DNA of 64,000 nucleotides from an uncultured delta proteobacterium (lineage in GTDB: Bacteria > Desulfobacterota > Binatia > UBA9968): assembly GCA_963804165.1 (NCBI GenBank), contig CAWDPO010000042.1, forward strand, positions 85,219 to 149,218, given 5' to 3'. The translations under genes were made by a program, and so were the position numbers. Positions 1 through 9,092 of this stretch are shown here, piece after piece. How positions within the stretch are numbered: the first letter of the stretch is position 1; the number at the start of each line of letters is the position of its first letter. The notes under the pieces are model-generated. The model worked only from the letters and a program-made list of their open reading frames with translations, was not told the origin of the DNA and did no database searches.

Positions 1-6
1 GTCGGT

Positions 7-384
7 ATGCTGATCGGCCATTGGTATCTCATCGATACTGGGCAGAGTCTGGATCCTTTTATTCGAACTTATCGATTCTTCGTGATGTCGTTAATCGCGC
101 AATGCGCGTTTTTGGCGCTATCGCCGCTCATCCTATATTTTTTTGGAACCGCGCAAACCGCCATCGCCATGGAGCGCTTATGGCAACATCATTCAACGCT
201 GTTGATCACGCGGGCGATGGTCGGCCAAGTCGCACCGCTGATTCTGTCTTGGATGATCTGGCGTACCTTGCTTATACCCCACACCATGGCCGCCACCGGT
301 TTGTTTTATATCGCGTTATTGGGAGTGTTCGTCGGAGAGATCTTGGGCCGGCAGATTCTTGCTTTAACTTCGTTGCCCTTCTGA
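7..384 (+). CDS. Polytopic membrane protein, 3' part (5' end probably outside the window)
   Basis: Three hydrophobic segments, with an MLIGHWYL motif at the window edge. Confidence 0.6.
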   Translation: MLIGHWYLIDTGQSLDPFIRTYRFFVMSLIAQCAFLALSPLILYFFGTAQTAIAMERLWQHHSTLLITRAMVGQVAPLILSWMIWRTLLIPHTMAATGLFYIALLGVFVGEILGRQILALTSLPF

Positions 385-675
385 ATCAGGCGCACCGATG
401 TCACCTTTCGACTTCGGATAAGTCTTTAGCTTGGTGATTCGCAGACCGGCAGAAGTCCACCCCAAGTCGTAACCCACAGGCTCGCCGACATACAGGTCCA
501 GCGGCGATTTTGCTTCGCCCGAAAGCAGCACCAATTCGTACGAGAACGTCAATTCGCGACCGCTCTCAGTCTTGACGACGCCCGTATTGTTCGACGGGAA
601 AAGTTTGGTGATCACGCCCTGGTGGTAAAAATCTCCGCGTGCCGACTTTAAAGGGTCTTTGTCTTCTGGAGCCAT
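364..675 (-). CDS. Cold-shock/OB-fold-like small protein
   Basis: GVITKLFPSNNTGVVKTESGRELTF...LYVGEPVGYDL follows the CSD beta-barrel pattern. Confidence 0.55.
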   Translation of the reverse strand: MAPEDKDPLKSARGDFYHQGVITKLFPSNNTGVVKTESGRELTFSYELVLLSGEAKSPLDLYVGEPVGYDLGWTSAGLRITKLKTYPKSKGDIGAPDSEGQRS

Positions 676-782
676 TTTTCGGACTACCGCTTAAAGTGGC
701 CAGAGATCCGGGTGAATTTCATCCCGTCACATTGAAACCTGGCGGCTTGGTTATAACATTATCGCGCAATTGTCGATCGCGC

Positions 783-1292
783 CTAGCCGATCGGCTGTTT
801 CTGGGAAGCGATACGGCTTTGTAGTTCCATCAGGCCGTCGAGTACAGCTTCAGGCCGGGGTGGGCAACCGGGCACATAAACATCGACAGGGATAATCCGG
901 TCGATTCCCTGCACCGTAGCATAGTTATCATAAAAGCCGCCGCTGGCGGCGCAGGCGCCAAAAGCCATGACCCACTTAGGTTCGGACATCTGTTCATAGA
1001 CTCGCTTCAAGACCGGGGAGAGTTTGTGGTTCACCGTCCCGATCACCATAAGCAAATCAGCTTGTCGCGGACTGAAGCGCGGCAGCAACGCGCCGAACCG
1101 ATCGATATCGTAGGGTGACATCGACAGTGACATGTATTCCATCGCGCAGCAGGCCGTGGCGAACGGATACGGGAAGAGCGAATATTTCCGCGCCCATCCT
1201 ATAGCCTTGTCTAAGCGCGTCAGGGCTACCGTTTCGGCGAGTAACTTATCCTGTCCATAACGCGAAGTCGTTTCAGGTATTTTAGTATCCAT
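783..1292 (-). CDS. nuoB: NADH-quinone oxidoreductase subunit B
   Basis: ATACCAME, RFSPRQAD, GACAASGG and VPGCPPRPEA N2-cluster motifs. Confidence 0.95.
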   Translation of the reverse strand: MDTKIPETTSRYGQDKLLAETVALTRLDKAIGWARKYSLFPYPFATACCAMEYMSLSMSPYDIDRFGALLPRFSPRQADLLMVIGTVNHKLSPVLKRVYEQMSEPKWVMAFGACAASGGFYDNYATVQGIDRIIPVDVYVPGCPPRPEAVLDGLMELQSRIASQKQPIG

Positions 1293-1576
1293 AGTAAACG
1301 ATTCGTTCCCTCAGGTTACGATGCATTTTATCGCGCTTTTCGCCTCAATGCAGAAATCTACAATTTTTACCTGGATTAAACAAATTGGGGCGCGACGCGG
1401 GAAATACTACGGACGCGGGATATCGAGACTTTTTATCGTGATGTGAACGTGCGATCACCGGTCGGAAAATCGAGAGGAAATTTCCTGGAGAAGGCTAGAA
1501 TGACTCGGATTCGTCACGCCAATGGCGGCCGGCGGATCGGCTGCGCACGCTTGGCGTGACGCCGGTCTCAACGCGT

Positions 1577-1777
1577 TTACTTTTTTATAACGTTAACGGC
1601 TTGGGGACCCTTGTCGCCTTGGGCGATTTCAAAATCGACGCTCTCGCCTTCGTTGAGGGACTTGAATCCCTCCCCCTGAATCGCGCTGTAATGAACAAAG
1701 ACGTCGCCCCCACCTTCCTTTTCTATGAAGCCGTATCCCTTCGCATTGTTAAACCATTTAACCTTACCAGATGCCAT
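1577..1777 (-). CDS. cspA: Cold-shock protein, CspA family
   Basis: [18 protein letters not shown]...DVFVHYSAI; GAGGAGG RBS upstream of the ATG at 1777. Confidence 0.95.
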   Translation of the reverse strand: MASGKVKWFNNAKGYGFIEKEGGGDVFVHYSAIQGEGFKSLNEGESVDFEIAQGDKGPQAVNVIKK

Positions 1778-1946
1778 TGAACCTCCTCGCACGCAAAGCC
1801 CGTTAAGAAAATTCGCCCGCCTCAGTTCCGCAAAATTATCGCTACTTTTCCTCTATTTTTGATTCCAGTAGCGAAAGCTCGGCGCCGCCCGCAGGCGCAC
1901 GGCTAGCTGCGAACAAAAAACAGAGAAACCCAAATTTTCCGGGGCG

Positions 1947-1976
1947 AGATTAGGAAAACCTGACCACAATTGTCAA
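1947..1976 (-). promoter_or_regulatory. Putative sigma70 promoter of the csp gene, implying a ~165-nt 5' UTR
   Basis: TTGACA-N18-TAATCT on the minus strand; long leaders are typical of cspA genes. Confidence 0.45.
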
Positions 1977-2637
1977 GAAAAAAATTGCCGTTCGAGTTGA
2001 ACCGGTGCTCGGTCTCACCGAGTGCGAACCGATGTAAACTCGAAAGAGGTCGCCGCGTTGAGCTCTCAGGTCTTGATAATTGGACCTACCCGCAGATTGA
2101 CGCTCGATTTCCACAGGTGTCGGTGCGATGAGCGCCATACTCCGTTTCTAGCCATTCCCAAGGCGTGTTTTCGGACCTGAGGGGTCGTTTGTGCGGGCTC
2201 CGAAATCCTCCGGCTCGCGGATAGGGGCCGCGGATCGACCAATTCTAGCGATAATCAACCCATAAATGGTTATATATTCATGGTTAATTCGTTGTGCTGG
2301 TTTGTCGGGCCAGAATCACGATTTCGCGACCTTTGATTGTGAAAATCCGCCACGAATCCGGATTGGTTGGTCAAAGGCCGAGGGCGCCCTGAGCGATTTC
2401 GGTTCGGATAACGGGGGGCACGCGATTCAACGCTCAGGGGGTCATTTCTCGAGTTATGCCGAAGAATAAGCAAAGGTTAACTTGCCTAGTTACCTCTAAG
2501 TCATTGATCTATTTAAATAAATTATAAGCAATATTGACCTGGAGTAAGTTTTCCGTTATAGGTAGAGAAGTTAGCATGCAGAATTTTCCACGTCTCCTTA
2601 AAGCGTCAAAGTTGGCAGGATGATAGAAGACCACTGA

Positions 2638-3660
2638 ATGGCGATTTATACCTCACTTTCGAAAAGGGACATTACCAGGCTCATCGATGAGTTTGCGCTG
2701 GGCGAGTTCGTGTCTTTCAGCGGAACGCGTACTGGCTCGGTAAATACCCACTATCTCATTGAGACAAAGCGCGCAAAATTTTTTGCCAAAATCGATGAAA
2801 TCAAAAGCGAAGTTGAGGTAAAACAAGAACTTGATCTATTACTGCATTTGAGAAAGCAAAATTTTCCATGTCTTCAGCCGCTCAAGACCAAAAGCGGCAG
2901 GTACCACCTGGAATTTCAAGGAAAGTGTGTCACCGTGACGCGCCATCTCGACGGCGTCGAATTGCCTGTGGAATCAATGACCGCTACGCACTTGAGTTCA
3001 TTAGGACATGCTCTTGCCAACTTGCATTTAATAGGTCGAAGCTACAAGAAAGGCATCGATAACCGATTCGGTTTCAACCGGATCGTTGCGATTTATCGCG
3101 ATGTGCGTCGGCAGTTGCCTTCACACCTGAAAAATATCGTCAGGGTTTTGGACGACGAGTTCTCATATTTGGAGAACTACCTCGATAATAACTTGCCAAA
3201 GGGAATCATTCACGGCGACTTGTTCCCCGATAACGTAAAATTCAAGGGGAACCGCCTGACCGGCGTGATGGATTTTGAAGCGGCTTGCCGGGGAAAGTTG
3301 ATCTACGACCTCGCCACCGCAGTTAATGCACTCTGCTTTCTCGACGACCGCTATCGCATCGACAGATTCGAAGCCTTGATCTCCGGCTACGAGAGCCTGC
3401 GGCCACTCTCACTGCCGGAATGGGATTCATTTCCGAACGAATTGCGCTTTTCGGCCTTGCGCTTTACCGTAACCCGCATTAAAGATTTTTATCTTCGCAG
3501 TGCAGATGACAGCCAGCGTGTCTATAAAGATTTCAAAGAATTTTATGACCGTTTGTTGATTTTACGACGTGAAAAAAGCGGCGGGATGGAAGACATTTTG
3601 TTAGCCATGGCGACCGGCTATGACTATCGCAAATATCAGAAATCCAAGCCCTCTAAATGA
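2638..3660 (+). CDS. thrB: Homoserine kinase type II (APH fold)
   Basis: MAIYT N-terminus, LPKGIIHGDLFPDNV, MDFEAAC and ALRFTVTR. Confidence 0.85.
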   Translation: MAIYTSLSKRDITRLIDEFALGEFVSFSGTRTGSVNTHYLIETKRAKFFAKIDEIKSEVEVKQELDLLLHLRKQNFPCLQPLKTKSGRYHLEFQGKCVTVTRHLDGVELPVESMTATHLSSLGHALANLHLIGRSYKKGIDNRFGFNRIVAIYRDVRRQLPSHLKNIVRVLDDEFSYLENYLDNNLPKGIIHGDLFPDNVKFKGNRLTGVMDFEAACRGKLIYDLATAVNALCFLDDRYRIDRFEALISGYESLRPLSLPEWDSFPNELRFSALRFTVTRIKDFYLRSADDSQRVYKDFKEFYDRLLILRREKSGGMEDILLAMATGYDYRKYQKSKPSK

Positions 3661-3675
3661 CTAATCAATTTTAGA

Positions 3676-4077
3676 TCAGCTTTGCTCGCCAGAGGACTCC
3701 TCCAGCAGACGTTTGACCTTTACCTGAGTATCTCGACGAATGAGGTACACCATCGCCGTTAACGTCAAAAGCGCGCCAATAATGAACAACGCCCTCCCTC
3801 CCGTCAAAACGATATAAAAAAAATTGAGTTTCACTCTCGCTCCGTTGTATTTCTCTCGATCTTCATTGATGCGCCGCAGCACTTCTTCGTTTTTTTGGTG
3901 ATCCAGTTGTTGAAAATTGCGGTAACTCTCTTCCAATCCGGTGCGCGCCGTCTTGTATAACAGAGCTTGGTACTTGGAGGATTCGATTGCCCCGACCGTC
4001 CAATTCCCAATGCCCATCACCAGGCAAACGATCCCTGCAACCATGAGATTACTTGAATACATTTCGCGCGCTTTCAC
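3676..4077 (-). CDS. Hypothetical two-TM membrane protein
   Basis: Two hydrophobic segments flanking a helical loop. Confidence 0.65.
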   Translation of the reverse strand: MKAREMYSSNLMVAGIVCLVMGIGNWTVGAIESSKYQALLYKTARTGLEESYRNFQQLDHQKNEEVLRRINEDREKYNGARVKLNFFYIVLTGGRALFIIGALLTLTAMVYLIRRDTQVKVKRLLEESSGEQS

Positions 4078-4179
4078 AATATTGCTTCTCCTCAGGCCAG
4101 AATACCGGGCATTGACCTTTTTTTCCAGCCATCCCGGTGATCATTGCACAGACCCACGGAGTGGCTTAGGATTCTCAAC

Positions 4180-4905
4180 ATGAGCCGTTATGTCGTCGGC
4201 GATATTCATGGCTGTGTGGACGAGCTTCGCCGTTTAATTGAGACGTTGCCGTTAGCGCGCGGCGACCGCGTGGTTTTTCTGGGTGACTACGTTGATCGCG
4301 GCCCGGATTCCTCAGGTGTAGTTTCCTACTTGATATCGCTTCAAAAGCAACGCAATGACATTGACCTCGTATTCCTGAAAGGAAACCATGAGGACATGTT
4401 TTTGTCCTACCTCGGGTTAAACGGCCGACACGGCGACATGTTCTTGATCAATGGCGGAAAGGCGACACTGGCTAGCTACGGCCTTACAGCGGACAGATTT
4501 TCGGCGCCGCAAGCGTTGGCGGCGATGCCGGCCGAGCACCTGGATTTTTTCGAAGGTCTCGAAAGGTACTATTCCATGGATTCGTTCCTGTGCGTACACG
4601 CCGGGATTCACCCGCAAAAATCTCTCGCGGATCAGACGGACGAGGAACTATTTTGGATCCGCAACACATTTATTTTCAACTCTCACGGCCTTCCCTACAC
4701 GGTTTTGTTCGGACACACTCCGCAGCCGACCGTTTTATACGATCTCCCCTACAAAGTTGGCTTAGACACCGGGCTAGTATACGGCAACATGTTGACATGT
4801 CTCGATGTAGATGAGAAAGTCCTCTACCAGATCAACCGAGGAAGGAAGAGCATTCATCGAACTTCCGTGCAGCGGAGGTGGAATCCGTCTGCGGCCCTTC
4901 CCTGA
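4180..4905 (+). CDS. Metallophosphoesterase (PPP/ApaH-like Ser/Thr phosphatase)
   Basis: GDIHG, GDYVDRG, GNHE, HAG, FGHTP and LDTG motifs. Confidence 0.92.
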   Translation: MSRYVVGDIHGCVDELRRLIETLPLARGDRVVFLGDYVDRGPDSSGVVSYLISLQKQRNDIDLVFLKGNHEDMFLSYLGLNGRHGDMFLINGGKATLASYGLTADRFSAPQALAAMPAEHLDFFEGLERYYSMDSFLCVHAGIHPQKSLADQTDEELFWIRNTFIFNSHGLPYTVLFGHTPQPTVLYDLPYKVGLDTGLVYGNMLTCLDVDEKVLYQINRGRKSIHRTSVQRRWNPSAALP

Positions 4906-4947
4906 CAGATTGATCTTTTCCCCAATTCATCAAAACTTGAATGCCTT

Positions 4948-5024
4948 GGCGGTGTAGCTCAGTTGGTCAGAGCACGCGGCTCATATCCGCGGCGTCGACA
5001 GTTCGAATCCGTCCACCGCCACCA
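4948..5024 (+). tRNA. tRNA-Met(CAT), probably elongator; 3' half supplied by the integrated element
   Basis: GGCGGTG acceptor stem, CGCGG-CTCATAT-CCGCG anticodon arm, TTCGAAT T-loop and encoded CCA; G1-C72 pair and no GGG/CCC anticodon stem, so not an initiator. Confidence 0.93.
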
Positions 5025-5027
5025 ATT
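4978..5027 (+). repeat. attL core (direct repeat with 20481-20530)
   Basis: 47/50 identical to 20481-20530 by manual alignment. Confidence 0.93.
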
Positions 5028-5090
5028 CTTCTCTCGGTAAGATCACGAATTCCATAGGTACTTTGCTGTGTTGCTAGCATCCTAGCCAAC

Positions 5091-6380
5091 TCAGCCATTT
5101 TTGCTTGAATGCTGTTTTGTACACTTTTTTGCCCCCAAGTTGGACGTTTTCAGACTTGCCCCCAAAGAAATTTTAGGCGACTCCCCAAGCCTGAGACCGC
5201 TATCTTTCATGCGCTCCTGCATCGCGCGCAGATACTTTGTTGTCGTCGTCAAGTTCGTGTGTCTCATCAAGCTCATCAGCACGCGCGGGTCATCTGGTCT
5301 GAACCGTGCTAGCGAAGTAATCGCGCATGTCCTTCGGTCGCAGCTTCACGCTCGGCTGAATATTGCTCGATCCACAGGCAAAGCAACCAATGCCTTCGTC
5401 GACGTTGACCGACCTACATTTCGAGCAGCAATGGATGCGCGAGACGGCTTCGATTCGTTTGCAGTCCCGGCAGTGGCGACGCTTGCCGATGTTGCCGCCC
5501 GAACAGTCCGTGCAGCGAGAAGTAAGCCGCTCGATCTTCTCGAACAGGCGCCGGCGCGAATAGATTTTTTTCCCTTGGTCTGAGCCGATCGGCCGGCAAA
5601 GACATAATCAGACATGCTCCCAGCCTTGTGCTTTTTGAGACTTTCAATCAATGCCGGCGCCAACGGAAGGTATGCGTCGGACTCGTCAGTCTTCGTGCCG
5701 CGGCAATGAAAATAACCTTCATCGAAGTTAATATCTTCCCATCGGAGCCGGTTCGCTTCGTCCTTCCGTAATCCGCTGAAACGTAGAAAATCAAAGTAAG
5801 CTCTATCGGCCGGATTCTCGATGCTCTCTGCCGCTCTTTCCACTGCGGGTAGATTTAGCGGCGCCTTCTTCGGTTTCGTGCTGCCGATGATGCTTGTATC
5901 GAGTGCATCAACAGGATTTTTCACGAGCAGGTTTTTTTCAATCGCCCAATTGAGCAGCGCCCGAAGGTTTGTCACGTCATGCCACACCGTTTTCGGCTTA
6001 ACGTTTCGCTCTCGCTGTATCACGAGCTTTTGGACCTGATCTGACGTAATGGATCCGATCGGCGTTGCCGCACCGAAGAACGGAATGATGATCTTGTCGA
6101 AGTTCCATCTCATGCCGTCGATTCGCCACCCGGAACGGCCTTTTTCTGCGGATTCCACGAGGTACGCGCTGACCACGGTTATCAGTGCCGTTGGCGGTAA
6201 CTCCGGCGTCTTGGGTCTGCTCGCCACCTCTGTCTTGAGCTCAATGAGTGCCGCCTTCGCCTCTTCCCGCGTTGCCCAGACGTAGCGCTTGTAAGTGCGC
6301 CCTTGTAGGCAAACCCTGTAACCCCAGCGGTCCCGCTCCGCCCGATACTCGATTCCGTTTCTCTTTTTTCTCTTTGCCAT
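5091..6380 (-). CDS. int: Tyrosine integrase, frameshifted at ~5570, ~5292 and possibly ~5200, with a four-CxxC insertion
   Basis: FSGLRKDEANRLRWEDI (box I R), GTKT (K), then in shifted frames KDMRDYFAS and LMRHTNLTTTTKY (H, Y). Confidence 0.9.
5130..5164 (+). promoter_or_regulatory. Putative integrase arm-type sites, left arm (TGCCCCCA x2)
   Basis: TGCCCCCA at 5130-5137 and 5157-5164; the same octamer occurs twice just inside attR. Confidence 0.7.
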
Positions 6381-6555
6381 CGTTCCCCCGCTGGTAGTGA
6401 ACGCGTAGATTTATATATGTGTCTACGTCCTCTTGTCGATAACGCCTAACGCCCTTTCCGGCGCCTACTCTTACGAACGGTATCCCGAGAGTTGCAACGG
6501 TTCGCTTTTTTACTTGCAGCTGCGCCGCGACTTGTCTGTCCGTGAGAAGGATCAA
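6241..6555 (-). CDS. Excisionase/Xis-like HTH protein
   Basis: LLTDRQVAAQLQVKKRTV...IPFVRVG...VRRYRQEDVD pattern, directly upstream of int. Confidence 0.75.
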   Translation of the reverse strand: MILLTDRQVAAQLQVKKRTVATLGIPFVRVGAGKGVRRYRQEDVDTYINLRVHYQRGNDGKEKKEKRNRVSGGAGPLGLQGLPTRAHLQALRLGNAGRGEGGTH

Positions 6556-6727
6556 CGCCCGCCTCCTTTGCGACGAACGAAATCAACAGCTCCATCGGCG
6601 GCGTGACGATCATCTCGCCCCGCTCCATGCGCGCAACCGAATTGCGGGTCATTCTTACCTTGGCCGCAAATTCGTGCTGCGTAACCCCCAATGCACGGCG
6701 AATGTCGCCTAGCTGTTTGCCGGTCAT
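6446..6727 (-). CDS. XRE-family HTH regulator
   Basis: LGDIRRALGVTQHEFAAKVRMTRNSVARMERGE. Confidence 0.88.
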   Translation of the reverse strand: MTGKQLGDIRRALGVTQHEFAAKVRMTRNSVARMERGEMIVTPPMELLISFVAKEAGVDPSHGQTSRGAAASKKANRCNSRDTVRKSRRRKGR

Positions 6728-6736
6728 GATACATAA

Positions 6737-6765
6737 CGTATACTGCTTTTGTGTAACCCTGTCAA
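6737..6765 (-). promoter_or_regulatory. sigma70 promoter for the XRE-xis-int operon (near-leaderless)
   Basis: TTGACA-N17-TATACG, with the ATG 9 nt after the -10 box and no RBS. Confidence 0.7.
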
Positions 6766-6798
6766 TGCTAATGAACGCCCCGGGCCATCAAATGTGGC

Positions 6799-8073
6799 TG
6801 TAGTAGCAACGTGATTATGACAGGGGCTAACGGCAACGTAATTATGTCAGGGTGGGAGGATGACAACCCTGACGATGCAAGACGAGAAGCGACTAGACGT
6901 AATACAACGAGTGAATCGAAGCGAGCTGACCGTGGTGCAAGCGGCACTGGTGATGGGACTAAGCGAACGGCAGTGTTACCGGATCAAAGCATGTGTCGGT
7001 AAAGCCGGAGCCAAGGGAATCGTTCACGGTAACCGCGGACGGCCCTGTAAACGCAAGACCAAGGAGAAGACGGTTAGACGTGTCTTGGAATTAGCCCGAG
7101 GTAAATACCAAGGCTTCAACGACCATCATCTGACCGAGAAGCTCAAAGAACAAGAACAGATCGAGCTCAGCCGTGAGAAAGTCCGCCGTATCCTTCGTGC
7201 CCACGGGATCGGCTCCCCCAAGAAGCGTCGCGGGATTAAGCACCGAAGCCGCAGAGAAAGACGGGCCAGTGAGGGGATGATGCTCCTGCCACGAGCAAAG
7301 TCATGGGAGCCTTTTTTGCCCCGGCCGAGAGTTCCTGGGGTTACTTCCATCTGTTCTCCGAGATCTTCAAGCAGCATGGAGTATCCCAGTCGATCTATAC
7401 GGACTGTCACTCGGTATTCTGGACCGATCGGGAACCGACGTTAGAGGAGCAGTTGATCAACAGAAAACCCACCACCGAAGTCGGTCGAGGCTTGGAAGAG
7501 CTCGGGGTGACCTTGATCCTAGCCCATTCCCCTCAGGCCAAGGGGAGAATCGAGAGACTGTGGAACACTTTCCAGGACCGGCTGGTCAGTGAGCTGCGGT
7601 TGGCCAGGGCCAAGAGCGTGCAACAGGCAACCGTGGTCCTGGATCGTTATCTCCCCGTGCATAACCGTAAGTTTGCTAAGCCCGCTAAAGCACAGCCGGC
7701 CTGGAGAAAAGTCAGTGCTCTTAAGATCGAACGAGATTTGTGTTTCAAACAACAGCGCACAGTGGCTAAGGACAACACGGTAACTTTCGAACGGACGGTT
7801 TTGCAGATCCCAAGACCTCGCCCTTTCGTTCTCACGCCAACAAAAGAGTCGAGGTCAACGTGATGTTGGACGGTGCGGTGGAGATTTTCTACAAGACTGA
7901 GAAAATCGCAACCTTCGATTCAAAAACAACGCACGCAATTGGCCTATATCGAACGATCGGAAAAAAGGAGGGGTTCCGCTATGGTCCGCTTTCTAGGCTG
8001 GCCATTCAACCTGAGGTGTCACCCTGACATTTTTACCTTGCTGTTAACATGACATATTGACGTTGCTACGACA
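6799..8073 (+). mobile_element. IS1202-family (ISNCY) insertion sequence with a 16-bp target-site duplication
   Basis: Long imperfect TIRs TGTAGTAGCAACGT.../...ACGTTGCTACGACA; GGCCATCAAATGTGGC duplicated at 6783-6798 and 8074-8089. Confidence 0.9.
6860..8027 (+). pseudogene. DDE transposase pseudogene (internal deletion ~7285, frameshift ~7812)
   Basis: HGNRGRP, YTDCHSVF and HSPQAKGRIERLWNTFQDRL motifs; the QxDGS...IDD segment expected between GMMLL and ATSKV is missing. Confidence 0.85.
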
Positions 8074-8176
8074 GGCCATCAAATGTGGCTTGTTAACATT
8101 CTCACTAGTCCTGTATGCTAAACTTGGTGTATCCAATGGCATAGGCTGCCCAACGGCAACAAAGCCACAGCGAGCA

Positions 8177-8608
8177 ATGGCAGAAGCAGAAGCTCTTGAG
8201 ACCATTCTCGGCTCATTCGTCGTCGGTGGATTCGCCATCGCGGTTGTCTACTTCGCGGTTAGGGTCCGGGCGCGTAGAACCGCCCAGGCGCTCTTTGTCG
8301 ATTCCGTCCACGAGATCTTGTTCGACATATATCCCGAACCGCCTAACTGGCCGAAAAATAGTCGGCAAGTATTGCAAGAGCGCATGCCCGAGATGCAATT
8401 CGCGATCAACCAATTGCGCCCACACCTTCGCAAACGAGAAGTCGCTCGCCTGGACGACGCATGGACCAAATATAAGAACTACTGTCGCCAAATTAACGAT
8501 ACAGAAATAGCTGCTCTCCCTTTTTCTCAATCGACTTCGTCTGTGGATCAAAAAGGGCGATTCAAAGCTCACGTCGATCAACTCCTGTCGTATGCAAAGC
8601 ACATTTAA
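8177..8608 (+). CDS. Hypothetical protein with an N-terminal TM anchor (element cargo)
   Basis: ILGSFVVGGFAIAVVYFAV followed by a helical domain. Confidence 0.65.
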   Translation: MAEAEALETILGSFVVGGFAIAVVYFAVRVRARRTAQALFVDSVHEILFDIYPEPPNWPKNSRQVLQERMPEMQFAINQLRPHLRKREVARLDDAWTKYKNYCRQINDTEIAALPFSQSTSSVDQKGRFKAHVDQLLSYAKHI

Positions 8609-8687
8609 AATTTTCGCGTATTCTTCGTTGCGGATCTGATCGACCAAAAGGTCAAACGGACTCTTGGCCGGCTCGCCCATTTTTTAT

Positions 8688-9092
8688 CTACGCGCCCACG
8701 CCGGCGAACTTCTCGCGAAACGCTTGATAGTCCCTATTGAGCGCCTGTAGCTGGGTGGTCCGCTCGGCAACCTTCCTGTCTAGTTCCTCGATGCGAAGCC
8801 GACGCGCGTCCATGGTCGCGTACTGCTCATATTCTTTTTCCCAAGTTGCGAGTTGGCTTTTCTTTGCTTCGATTTGCGACTCAAGCGCTTTGATTTCGGC
8901 GTTGCGCTTATCCCATGCTTCATTGAGTATTTCGTTGGCTTGCTTCAGCTTTTCATTCTCTTCGGCGCTCGCCTGATATTCGATCGCACTGCGCAGTGTG
9001 CTTGCTTGCCACTCGGCGAATTCCAAAAATTTGGCTAATTCTTTTTGCTTGTCCATCGTCTTGCTTTTCCCTTTCGTGTTTTTGTTACTCAA
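8688..9092 (-). CDS. Coiled-coil hypothetical protein
   Basis: Heptad-rich E/K/Q sequence, start overlapping the upstream stop. Confidence 0.7.
   Translation of the reverse strand: MSNKNTKGKSKTMDKQKELAKFLEFAEWQASTLRSAIEYQASAEENEKLKQANEILNEAWDKRNAEIKALESQIEAKKSQLATWEKEYEQYATMDARRLRIEELDRKVAERTTQLQALNRDYQAFREKFAGVGA

Noticed and set aside
5560-5580. Programmed -1 frameshift in int at G GGA AAA
   Set aside because: The heptamer is slippery-like and the needed shift is -1, but the gene has further indels and similar errors occur in many other genes here, so a homopolymer error is simpler.
6783-6798. IS targeting a Xer/dif site
   Set aside because: dif-targeting IS1202 members make ~5-bp duplications; this one is 16 bp and no XerC/XerD arms are recognisable.
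8213-8680. 155-aa minus-strand ORF as a real gene
   Set aside because: It is mostly antisense to 8177-8608; only the first ~25 codons (MGEPAKSPFDLLVDQIR) may be a gene remnant.
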